From Candidatus Hydrogenedentota bacterium (GTDB lineage: Bacteria; Hydrogenedentota; Hydrogenedentia; Hydrogenedentales; GCA-2746185): 29,740 nucleotides of DNA. The stretch covers positions 1 through 29,740 of the forward strand of contig JAYGCN010000187.1 in the NCBI GenBank assembly GCA_046583315.1, read 5' to 3'. Shown piece after piece: positions 1-8,103 of the stretch (the stretch's first letter is position 1; each line of letters starts with the position of its first letter). A model generated the notes under the pieces. The model saw nothing but the letters and a program-made list of their open reading frames with translations. It searched no databases and was not told the origin of the DNA. The position numbers and the translations under genes are program-made.

Positions 1-393
1 AGTTGCGCAATCGCCGCTTCCAGATCCGCGCGAAGGCCCGGCGTCGTTTCTCGACCGGGTCTTTCGAATGGTACGAGATCGTCCGTAGTGAAGACTCTCT
101 CCGCCTTACGCGTCTGGGTTTTCAGCGCGGTCAACACCACGTTCACCGTAAGACGGTGCAACCAGGTGGAAAATGCGCTGTCTCCCCGAAAGCTATTCAA
201 CTTTTGCCAAGCCCGAATGAAGGCCTCCTGCGTGAGGTCTTCATTCGGTCCTGTTTCGTGCCATACGCAAGCATAATGCGTAGATGCGACCCACATTTTC
301 CTTGTACAACTGCTCAAACTCGTCCGCATCACCCACTTTCGCGCGCTCAACCAGATCCAAGCTCGTATCTCCGAGTTTCTGCGTCTCACTCAT
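1..393 (-). pseudogene. ECF (sigma-70 group 4) sigma factor, frameshifted at ~243-244; runs off the left edge
   Basis: Frame 1: MSETQ...[37 protein letters not shown]. The +1 frame continues [36 protein letters not shown]...[12 protein letters not shown] (region 2 to start of region 4). Start could also be GTG 414 or ATG 444. True pseudogene versus sequence error cannot be resolved here. Confidence 0.85.
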
Positions 394-474
394 TGTCAGT
401 GTAGCTGCACTCACCTTGGGTCGTCTTCTTTCTGCGTCGCGCATCTATTATTGGATACTCTCACTTGCATTCAA

Positions 475-504
475 TAAGACAACACTATGCAGAAAATCGT
501 TTGA
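475..504 (-). promoter_or_regulatory. Possible ECF-type (autoregulatory) promoter
   Basis: Minus strand TCAAAC-N17-TGTCTTA resembles the ECF AAC/GTC consensus and lies in AT-rich DNA upstream of the sigma gene. Confidence 0.3.
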
Positions 505-562
505 ATAAAAAACAAAAAAGTTCGTCGATCAATAGCGATTTTACCTAAGTACAATAATTATA

Positions 563-2332
563 CTAGTTAGACGTATCTGTGTGTTTCGCCAATGCCCGGG
601 CGCGCCACTCGGCTATCATCGCAACACCTGCGGCTTCAATGGGGTAGCCTCGGGCATTCAGTTCGGTGGCCTCAGTCGATAGTCTGGATATCGCCTGTAT
701 AAGTTGCGCCGGACGGGAGGATTCAGGCACCTCTGAGCGACCGCTCATGAATCGGGCAATAAAACGGTTGGTCTGTGTGAGCATGGTCTCGTGGGGTTCC
801 AAAAATGCCTCATCTTGCAGTTCGGCAATCGCGGACATCCAGCGCGTAATCCGAGTCAAACGAACCGTGACCGGCACGACGAGATGAATCGGCATACTAC
901 CCGAAGCCAGCCCATGTTCAAGAACCGGCAGACGCAGCAACAATTCGAGGAATATCGAGCGGGACGAAGAGCTCTCGACGCCGTTTTTCAATCGTTTCAG
1001 ACTGCCCCAAAGTTCGTCGGACACCACGTCCTTGTAGGTCTCCACAGCGAGCAATGTACTGACTTCGAGCAGAATCGCGTTCGATAACGAATCCGTCAAA
1101 ACCTCCTTGTCGCGCCCCGTCAGAAATACCGGATCAGAGCCGACCGATAGTTCACGGGTGTTGTCAATCGAAAATATATTGGTGTCGGCCGACATGGCGT
1201 GTACTTCCCCGAATTGCATCGGTATGGCCCAGCTCGTTGGGGTAGAAGCGGTTGCCGCCATAAGCCACGACGCGCGGTCGGTTCGGCTGCGAAAGAGGAG
1301 TACCTCAAGCTCGGGGTCGGAGAATTGAGGTCCCACATATTCGTAAGAGGAAAATAGATCGCTCCAAAGGTTGTATCGGGAGATAGAAGTCAAGGTTTCG
1401 TCCGCGTCCGAGCCGGATAAGCCAAGTGTGATCCGACTCGGGGAGAACGATGCCAAGTTGTTCGACCAGGCGCTCCAGTCTGAAGTTGTCGTGTCGCGCG
1501 GCATCTCGGTCACGAGGTCTAGAAACTCAAAACCGGATTGTTCAATTACCAACCGATAACTGTGCAATCCTCCCTCATCGACTTCAGAATGCGAAACAAT
1601 GATCTCGTCCAGAGTAGCGGAGCCCTCCGATTCGAGACACTCGGTCAGCTCAAGCGGGTTTGCGACATGAACGGAGATTGAGCGACCTGGCGCAAAATCT
1701 TCGATTTGTGCCGCAATTGATAGTGCCGAGGGGATATCGTTCATCACCGGGATCTCCCAGTGTGTAATCTGGTCTCCATGCCGTCGAGCGATGCCCTCCA
1801 GAGCTTTTTCTGTCGTGTTGTCAAGCAGCAGCCGAACACCGATGCCACGGTTCTGCAGGACTGCCATCGCTTCATCAAAATTCCCGTCTTGCGTTGAAAT
1901 GCGCGCCCAGCCGTAGGGTAACTCTGATGCTAATTCATACGCCTCGGGCGACCAAGGTATAAAAGAAGCGGTGATGGAGCGCGCATGCAGGTACGATGGA
2001 CGATGAATTCGATACGCGGTCAGTTTATCCCGAAGGGTGCCCTCTTCCGTCATGATGGTGACAGAAAGCCGTCCCATTGGAAGCGCCGAAGTGTCTACCG
2101 TGACATAACAAGGTGCCGCGCCGTCACTGTGAACCGTCCCAAGACTTACCTTCGTGGCTTCAAGTTCGTGTGCTTCGATGGTGGCCTCAATCGCGTGGTC
2201 GCCCCGAGCCAAACCCGTGATACGAATCGCGAGCGGCTCGTCCGTATACGAAAAAGGATGAATCCGATCGGGTGACACCTGTATCGAAAATTGCGACAGG
2301 CACAGCGCGGTGAATAGAACGATGGCGTTCAT
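563..2332 (-). CDS. Secreted hypothetical protein, possibly a degenerate glycoside-hydrolase-like multidomain protein
   Basis: 589-aa ORF with signal-like N-terminus MNAIVLFTALCLSQ; ATGA overlap with the upstream MBL gene. Confidence 0.8.
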   Translation of the reverse strand: MNAIVLFTALCLSQFSIQVSPDRIHPFSYTDEPLAIRITGLARGDHAIEATIEAHELEATKVSLGTVHSDGAAPCYVTVDTSALPMGRLSVTIMTEEGTLRDKLTAYRIHRPSYLHARSITASFIPWSPEAYELASELPYGWARISTQDGNFDEAMAVLQNRGIGVRLLLDNTTEKALEGIARRHGDQITHWEIPVMNDIPSALSIAAQIEDFAPGRSISVHVANPLELTECLESEGSATLDEIIVSHSEVDEGGLHSYRLVIEQSGFEFLDLVTEMPRDTTTSDWSAWSNNLASFSPSRITLGLSGSDADETLTSISRYNLWSDLFSSYEYVGPQFSDPELEVLLFRSRTDRASWLMAATASTPTSWAIPMQFGEVHAMSADTNIFSIDNTRELSVGSDPVFLTGRDKEVLTDSLSNAILLEVSTLLAVETYKDVVSDELWGSLKRLKNGVESSSSRSIFLELLLRLPVLEHGLASGSMPIHLVVPVTVRLTRITRWMSAIAELQDEAFLEPHETMLTQTNRFIARFMSGRSEVPESSRPAQLIQAISRLSTEATELNARGYPIEAAGVAMIAEWRARALAKHTDTSN

Positions 2333-2955
2333 TGCGCTCCGAGGTATTGCAGGATGAAGGGGTTGCTCTTGCGTTCCTGTCCAATCGTGGTCGCGGGACC
2401 GTGTCCTGAGTAAACAATCGTTTCGTCAGGCAACGGCATGAACTTTTCGCGAATGGAGGTCATCAATACTTCCAAACTACCTCCCGGTAGATCGGTACGT
2501 CCGATGGAGCCAGAAAATAACACGTCGCCTCCAAACACAAATCCGTCTCCCAGCAGACCGACATGTCCCGGCGCGTGACCCGGGCAATTGAAGACACCAA
2601 GCGATTCGTTGCCAACCTGAACTGTGTCCCCTTCATCAAAAAGAGACGTGGGTTTCGGAGAGGGTGAGATTTGCATACCGAACATCTGACCTTGTGAAGC
2701 TACATTTTCGAGCATTTCGACACAGTCGGCATGAATCAGTAGTTCGCAACCGAATTTCTCCACGATATCCGCGTTCCCGCCGACATGGTCGATATGGGCA
2801 TGGGTATTCACCACCTTCGTCACGTTCCGCCCCTCCAGTGCATCTATCAGTTCAGCTGTAGCCTCCCCGGGATCGATAACGATGACTTCACCCGCGTCTT
2901 CGACTACGTAGCAATTCTCCACGAAGGGAGATGTAATAAATGCCTGTATTTCCAC
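2329..2955 (-). CDS. MBL-fold metallo-hydrolase (glyoxalase II / YcbL-like)
   Basis: THAHIDHVGG (HxHxDH), PGHAPGH, GDVLF, GRTDLPGG, GHG motifs; GTG start with AGGAG RBS. Confidence 0.93.
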   Translation of the reverse strand: MEIQAFITSPFVENCYVVEDAGEVIVIDPGEATAELIDALEGRNVTKVVNTHAHIDHVGGNADIVEKFGCELLIHADCVEMLENVASQGQMFGMQISPSPKPTSLFDEGDTVQVGNESLGVFNCPGHAPGHVGLLGDGFVFGGDVLFSGSIGRTDLPGGSLEVLMTSIREKFMPLPDETIVYSGHGPATTIGQERKSNPFILQYLGAQ

Positions 2956-2995
2956 GGTTTAACTCCTGTTTAGTGTCTTTATGGCGTAGAATTCC

Positions 2996-3004
2996 ATCAT
3001 ACCA
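2996..3004 (-). promoter_or_regulatory. Extended -10 promoter for the MBL operon
   Basis: TGgTATGAT about 40 bp upstream of the start; -35 is poor. Confidence 0.45.
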
Positions 3005-3078
3005 TATCGCTGGGCGCGAACCTACCCGATTGGGTCCGCAAAACCGACTTAAGACGGCTTTCCTCCCCTATTTAACTT

Positions 3079-3108
3079 TTGATTTGACAGTGATTTAGAT
3101 GCTATACT
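3079..3108 (+). promoter_or_regulatory. Sigma-70 promoter of rpsA
   Basis: TTGATT-N18-TATACT with extended TGc; a TTGACA at 3084-3089 is only 13 bp from this -10. Confidence 0.65.
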
Positions 3109-3206
3109 CTGCGGTCGCTGTCACTCTGATAGCGCGTGTTTTTATAACCCCAGGTCAACCTGCCCGGATGTTCCGGAGCAAACGCAAGAAAAGGTAGTGT
3201 AACCCA

Positions 3207-5204
3207 ATGACCAACGATTCAAGTATTTTAGACAAAGTATTCGATCTCGGTAGCGATGAAGAAATCTCCGTAGGTGAACTCGACGAACTCTTCTCCGAGG
3301 CCATGCAGGACTTTCGCGAAGGCGAAGTCGTCAACGGCACAATCGTAGACATCACCGCAGACCGTATTCTCGTGGACATCGGCTACAAGAGCGAGGGCAT
3401 CATTTCGGCCAACGAATTCCCCGAGCCCGGCGCGCTTGCCGTCGGTGATACATTTGAAGTATATATCGAAGCTCCGGAAGATGAATCCGGCATGCCGCTT
3501 CTTTCAAAAATCAAAGCAGACCGTATCAAGAACTGGGCTAAGGTTCAGGAAATCTATGAACAAGACGGCACCATTCAAGGAAAAATTGTTCGCCGCGTGA
3601 AGGGTGGACTTAAAGTGGATATCGGTATTGACGCGTTCATGCCCGCCAGCCAGCTTACATGGCGCCCGACCGGTGACCTCGAGCGTTACCTCGGCGAAAC
3701 AATGGAACTCAAGATTATCAAACTCACCAAGCGTCGCCGTAACGTGGTGGTAAGCCGTCGTAAATTGCTCGAAGAGCAGCGCGCCGGTGAGAAGAGCGAA
3801 CTGCTTGCGACCATCGAAGTCGGAAAATCCATTCCGGGTGAAGTCAAAAACATCACCGATTTCGGTGCCTTCGTGGACGTTGGCGGAATCGACGGACTGC
3901 TTCACGTAACCGATATGTCCTGGGGGCGCGTCAAACATCCTTCGCAGGTCGTCAGCGTTGGAGACAAGATTAACGTTATGGTGCTCAGCTTCGATCCCAA
4001 GTCTGAGCGCATCAGCCTGGGCCTCAAGCAGAACACCGAAAATCCCTGGGTCAGCACCGAAAAACGCTATCCGGTCGGTTCCGTGATTCGCGGTAAAGTG
4101 GTCAGCATGACCGATTACGGCGCCTTTGTGCAGATTGAAGAAGGCATCGAAGGCATGGTCCACGTCAGCGAAATGAGCTGGACCCGTCGCGTCAAACACC
4201 CGAGCGAACTCGTCGGCATTGAAGAAGATATCGATGTGATGATTCTTTCAGTCTCTCCAGGCGAAGAGAAAATCGCCCTGGGCATCAAACAGACCCAGCC
4301 CAACCCGTGGATGGAAATCGAGCGGAAATACCCGATCGGTTCAGAAGTAGACGGTATCGTTCGCAATCTTGCTGATTACGGCGCCTTTGTTCAGATTGAA
4401 GAAGGCATTGACGGATTGCTTCACGTGTCAGACATTTCCTGGACACAGAAAATAAGCCATCCTTCCGAAGCGCTTGAAAAAGGCCAAGAGATCAAGATCA
4501 AAATTCTCAGCATCGACACGGCCAACGAGAAAATCAGCGTGGGCCTCAAGCAGATGGAAGAAGACCCCTGGGATAAAGTTATCAAAGGTATCGCCATCAA
4601 CGACGATGTTGAAGTTGAAGTGGCCAAGCTCGTCTCCTTCGGCGCGTTCGCCCGTCTTGAGAACGGAATCGAGGGCTTGATACACGTTACCGAACTGACC
4701 ACTGGTGATGACAAGACGCAGAAACCCGAAGAGATTCTCGAAATCGGTCAGAAGCTCAAAGCTCGTGTAATCAGTATCGATAACGGTGAACGCAAAATCG
4801 GCTTGAGCATTCGCGCATTCGAGAAGAATGAATCTGCACAGCTTCAGGCCCAATACGGCGTGAGCGGTGCTGAAGGTGAAGTCGCTTCCGCCCCAACTGT
4901 TAATTTGGCCGGTGCTGGTAACACGTTGGCTGATTCGCTCATGGCTTCTGTGCAAGCGCAGAACGAAGAGCCTACTCCGGTAGTTGAAAAAGAACCTGTT
5001 GTAGCGGAAACGTCGGCAGTAGAAGAAGCTCCTGCAGCTGACGAAACGCCGGCAGTAGAAGAAGCACCTGCGGCTGAAGAAGCACCTGCGGCTGAGGAAA
5101 CTCCTGCAGCTGAAGAAGCGCCTGCTACGGAAGAAGCACCTGCTGCTGAAGAGGCTCCTGTAGAAGTAGAAGAAGCCGCTTCGGATGAAACGCCTGAGAG
5201 CTAA
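3207..5204 (+). CDS. rpsA: 30S ribosomal protein S1 with six S1 domains and an acidic C-terminal extension
   Basis: DIGYKSEG, ITDFGAFVDVGGIDGLLHVTDMSW, YGAFVQIEEGIEGMVHVSEMSW and further repeated S1 motifs. Confidence 0.98.
   Translation: MTNDSSILDKVFDLGSDEEISVGELDELFSEAMQDFREGEVVNGTIVDITADRILVDIGYKSEGIISANEFPEPGALAVGDTFEVYIEAPEDESGMPLLSKIKADRIKNWAKVQEIYEQDGTIQGKIVRRVKGGLKVDIGIDAFMPASQLTWRPTGDLERYLGETMELKIIKLTKRRRNVVVSRRKLLEEQRAGEKSELLATIEVGKSIPGEVKNITDFGAFVDVGGIDGLLHVTDMSWGRVKHPSQVVSVGDKINVMVLSFDPKSERISLGLKQNTENPWVSTEKRYPVGSVIRGKVVSMTDYGAFVQIEEGIEGMVHVSEMSWTRRVKHPSELVGIEEDIDVMILSVSPGEEKIALGIKQTQPNPWMEIERKYPIGSEVDGIVRNLADYGAFVQIEEGIDGLLHVSDISWTQKISHPSEALEKGQEIKIKILSIDTANEKISVGLKQMEEDPWDKVIKGIAINDDVEVEVAKLVSFGAFARLENGIEGLIHVTELTTGDDKTQKPEEILEIGQKLKARVISIDNGERKIGLSIRAFEKNESAQLQAQYGVSGAEGEVASAPTVNLAGAGNTLADSLMASVQAQNEEPTPVVEKEPVVAETSAVEEAPAADETPAVEEAPAAEEAPAAEETPAAEEAPATEEAPAAEEAPVEVEEAASDETPES
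5022..5165 (+). repeat. Eight degenerate 18-bp tandem units encoding (E/D)E(A/T)PAA
   Basis: EEAPAA DETPAV EEAPAA EEAPAA EETPAA EEAPAT EEAPAA EEAPVE, in frame within rpsA. Confidence 0.9.
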
Positions 5205-5232
5205 TTCACTCGCAGAGTAACTGACACCATCC

Positions 5233-5267
5233 GGAAAGCGTCGCCAACCATGCGGCGCTTTCCTTTT
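5233..5267 (+). terminator. Intrinsic terminator after rpsA
   Basis: GGAAAGCGTCGC-caaccat-GCGGCGCTTTCC followed by TTTT. Confidence 0.8.
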
Positions 5268-5326
5268 ACACAAAGTACGCATAGCGGCAGTAGTATTCAG
5301 ACCCGCATTCGATTGAGGAGAGCGTC

Positions 5327-7192
5327 ATGGCCACGGCCAAACCCAAGTCAAAAGCCAAATCCCGAAAATCCGCCACCAAGAAGCATCCATTGGCTGGTAA
5401 TACAATGGAAGGCGCAGAAATGGTCCTTCAGGTGCTAGCCGATGAAGGGGTGGACACCATATTCGGATACAGCGGCGGCGCAATCCTTCCTACCTATGAT
5501 GCCGTTTTTAATTTTAACGACGGCCGGAAAGAGAAAGATCAAATTCGACTTATTGTTCCCGCCAATGAACAAGGCGCAGGATTCATGGCGGCTGGGTATT
5601 CCCGGGCATCAGGACGCGTCGGTGTGTGTCTGGTTACTTCCGGTCCGGGTGCGACTAACTGTGTTACGCCGATTCGCGACTGCATGGCCGATTCCATTCC
5701 CGTGGTCATGATTTGCGGCCAGGTGCCGCGTCCAGCCATCGGCACGGATGCTTTCCAGGAAGCCCCGATCTTCAATATTATGTCCGCCTGTGCGAAACAC
5801 GTTTTCCTCGTTAAAAATGAAGACGATCTGGAAGCAACGGTGCGCTCGGCTTTCGATATTGCGCGCAGCGGTCGTCCCGGCCCTGTTGTTATCGACATTC
5901 CCAAAGACGTTCAGCAATATTTCGGCACCTTCAAAGGCGAAGGCCTGCTCGAATTCCGGGGATACGATCAACGAAAACAAGTGCGCGAAGACCGCGTCAT
6001 GAGCAAGTCCAACGGGGACAAGTTTTTCAAGATGCTCAAGAAAAGCAAACGCCCCCTCGTGTACGCGGGTGGCGGCGTGATCATGGGTAGCGCCTCGGAC
6101 GAACTGCGCAAGTTTTGCAAACGATTTAAGCTACCTGTCGTCACCACACTCATGGGTATCAGCAGTGTCGATACGACCGAAGACCTCTCCATGCATATGC
6201 TCGGCATGCACGGCACCGCCTACGCCAATTACGCCGTTGAGGATTGCGACTTTTTGATTTCGATTGGCGCTCGATTCGATGATCGTGTTGCCGGCAAAGT
6301 ACAGGAATTCGCGCCGAACGCCAAGAATATCGCACATATCGATATCGATGCCGCAGAAATTGGCAAAGTAAAGGCCGTTACCTGGTCGCACAACGCCGAT
6401 GCCAAGCGCAGTCTCGTCGAACTGATCAAATTCGGCAAGGATGTTAAAGTCAATTATACCGATTGGCACAAACACCTGAAAGCGTTGAAGAAAAAGCATT
6501 GTCTCAATTATGATCGTAAGTCGAAGCTCATTCAGCCCGGCGAAGTGCTTGAGGAAATGAACAAGATCACACAGGGCAACGCGATTGTCTCCACCGGCGT
6601 CGGGCAGCATCAGATGTTCGCGGCACAATATATTGATTACAAAAAGCCGCGCACCTGGCTCACCTCCGGCAGCATGGGCACGATGGGTTTCGGTCTTCCT
6701 GCGGCCATCGGCGCGCAATTGGCCTGTCCCAATGCCCTCGTGATTGATGTGGACGGCGATGGCTCGATTCGCATGAACATCGGTGAGCTTGAAACCATGA
6801 CTACCTACGGCGTGAACGTGAAAGTGCTTCTCCTGAATAACCTTGTTGACGGCATGGTACGTCAATGGCAGAACATGATGTACGATGAGCGCTACTCGGG
6901 TACCGATAAAGCGCTGCACAAAAAAGACTTCGTGATGTCCGCCAAGGCCGACGGATTTGAATATTCCGTTCGCGTCTCCGAACGCAAGCAACTCAAGAAA
7001 GCCCTGAAAGAGTTCCTCGCCTTCAAAGGCCCCGCGTTCCTTGAAGTCATGACCGACATGGACGCGATGATCTTCCCGATGGTCGGTCCCGGTAAGGGAT
7101 ATAAAGAAATGCAGACAGGTCCCTTCATCGTCGCACGCCAATACGAAGAAGAAGTCGAAGTATCCGGTACAGGCGAGACGTCGATGTTCTAG
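5327..7192 (+). CDS. ilvB: Acetolactate synthase large (catalytic) subunit
   Basis: FGYSGGAILP, NEQGAGFMAAGY, TSGPGATN, RFDDRV (FAD), GSMGTMGFGLPAAIG, GDGS...NN (TPP); GAGGAG RBS. Confidence 0.95.
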   Translation: MATAKPKSKAKSRKSATKKHPLAGNTMEGAEMVLQVLADEGVDTIFGYSGGAILPTYDAVFNFNDGRKEKDQIRLIVPANEQGAGFMAAGYSRASGRVGVCLVTSGPGATNCVTPIRDCMADSIPVVMICGQVPRPAIGTDAFQEAPIFNIMSACAKHVFLVKNEDDLEATVRSAFDIARSGRPGPVVIDIPKDVQQYFGTFKGEGLLEFRGYDQRKQVREDRVMSKSNGDKFFKMLKKSKRPLVYAGGGVIMGSASDELRKFCKRFKLPVVTTLMGISSVDTTEDLSMHMLGMHGTAYANYAVEDCDFLISIGARFDDRVAGKVQEFAPNAKNIAHIDIDAAEIGKVKAVTWSHNADAKRSLVELIKFGKDVKVNYTDWHKHLKALKKKHCLNYDRKSKLIQPGEVLEEMNKITQGNAIVSTGVGQHQMFAAQYIDYKKPRTWLTSGSMGTMGFGLPAAIGAQLACPNALVIDVDGDGSIRMNIGELETMTTYGVNVKVLLLNNLVDGMVRQWQNMMYDERYSGTDKALHKKDFVMSAKADGFEYSVRVSERKQLKKALKEFLAFKGPAFLEVMTDMDAMIFPMVGPGKGYKEMQTGPFIVARQYEEEVEVSGTGETSMF

Positions 7193-7216
7193 CTCGAGTC
7201 CAACGATATGCGTCTC

Positions 7217-7251
7217 AAAGGCCGACTCCTCGCGAGTCGGCCTTTTTATTT
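7217..7251 (+). terminator. Intrinsic terminator after ilvB
   Basis: AAAGGCCGACTC-ctcgc-GAGTCGGCCTTT followed by TTATTT. Confidence 0.88.
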
Positions 7252-7257
7252 GATACG

Positions 7258-8103
7258 ATGTGTCCAATGAAATCTCTACCCCCTCAAAAACTCTACACGC
7301 CCTTCGACACGGGCCAGTACTCATTCCATGTCGGCCTCGAAACGCTTTCGCAAGACGCTCAAATATTCTCGATTGATGACCAACTGCCGCGTTATCGTGA
7401 TAATAAGGAGGCGATTCGTAAATCGAATCCCGGCGACCACATTGGAACGAAAGAAATTTCGGCCGAACTTCATGAATCTGTCACCCGGTGGCTCGTCGGG
7501 CGGACAGTCGATGAACACCCCGAACACTTTTCGCCGGACACCGCGACTTCGTTCGAGGAGATCGCCCTGCAGCTCCAGGAAGACCTCGCGATCATTCATG
7601 TACCGGAAAAAGGAGAGGACCGTCTGGTCGCGGTTCATGTCTGCGCCCCGAGTGGATGGGATCCATCGGAGAAACTGGGCAAGTCCTTTCTGGAGATTCA
7701 CGAACCCATTCCGGAGATGCAGCATATCAACAAGAATGCCGACAACATGATGCGCGCGCTCACACGGCAGGGGATTCGGCGACGATTCGTGTGGGGAATC
7801 ACCTTTGATGACGCGCTGAATCGACACCCGAAAGTGATCACGCACGAAAATCGTACGCATTTCAATCCCGATGCCCCGGAAGTCTACGTGCGCGTTGAAC
7901 GGCAATGTATCATAGGATTCCCTGAACAGTCGGCCTTCGTGTTCACGATTCGTACTTATATGTATGACGTACTGGAACTAAGTCGTGAGCACCGCAAGAA
8001 TCTGCGTGATGCGCTATTGTCCCTGAGCCCAGCGATACGAGAATACAAGGGAATTACGGACGATGTGCAACCTGTCGTGTCGTGGTTGAGCGTTGGGCTA
8101 TAA
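7258..8103 (+). CDS. DUF3445 / heme-dependent oxidative N-demethylase alpha-subunit-like protein
   Basis: LQEDLAI, VCAPSGW..EKLG.SF.EIH.PIP, RFVWGI, RVERQ, FTIRTY motifs; start may be ATG 7267. Confidence 0.82.
   Translation: MCPMKSLPPQKLYTPFDTGQYSFHVGLETLSQDAQIFSIDDQLPRYRDNKEAIRKSNPGDHIGTKEISAELHESVTRWLVGRTVDEHPEHFSPDTATSFEEIALQLQEDLAIIHVPEKGEDRLVAVHVCAPSGWDPSEKLGKSFLEIHEPIPEMQHINKNADNMMRALTRQGIRRRFVWGITFDDALNRHPKVITHENRTHFNPDAPEVYVRVERQCIIGFPEQSAFVFTIRTYMYDVLELSREHRKNLRDALLSLSPAIREYKGITDDVQPVVSWLSVGL

Noticed and set aside
3..508. Plus-strand ORFs at the left edge
   Set aside because: Antisense to the ECF sigma gene, with no motifs.
500..523. Minus-strand GAACTT...TCAAA RpoE-like promoter
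   Set aside because: Spacer is 13 bp rather than about 16.
5022..5165. 18-bp repeats as a CRISPR array
   Set aside because: In-frame, degenerate, no spacers and no cas genes.
3504..5282. Antisense ORFs of 231 and 284 aa over rpsA
   Set aside because: Shadow frames of a codon-biased gene; the SRRCFF repeats simply mirror the EEAPAA tail.
6131..7324. 397-aa antisense ORF over ilvB
   Set aside because: In-register antisense shadow with no recognisable motifs; it also crosses a terminator.
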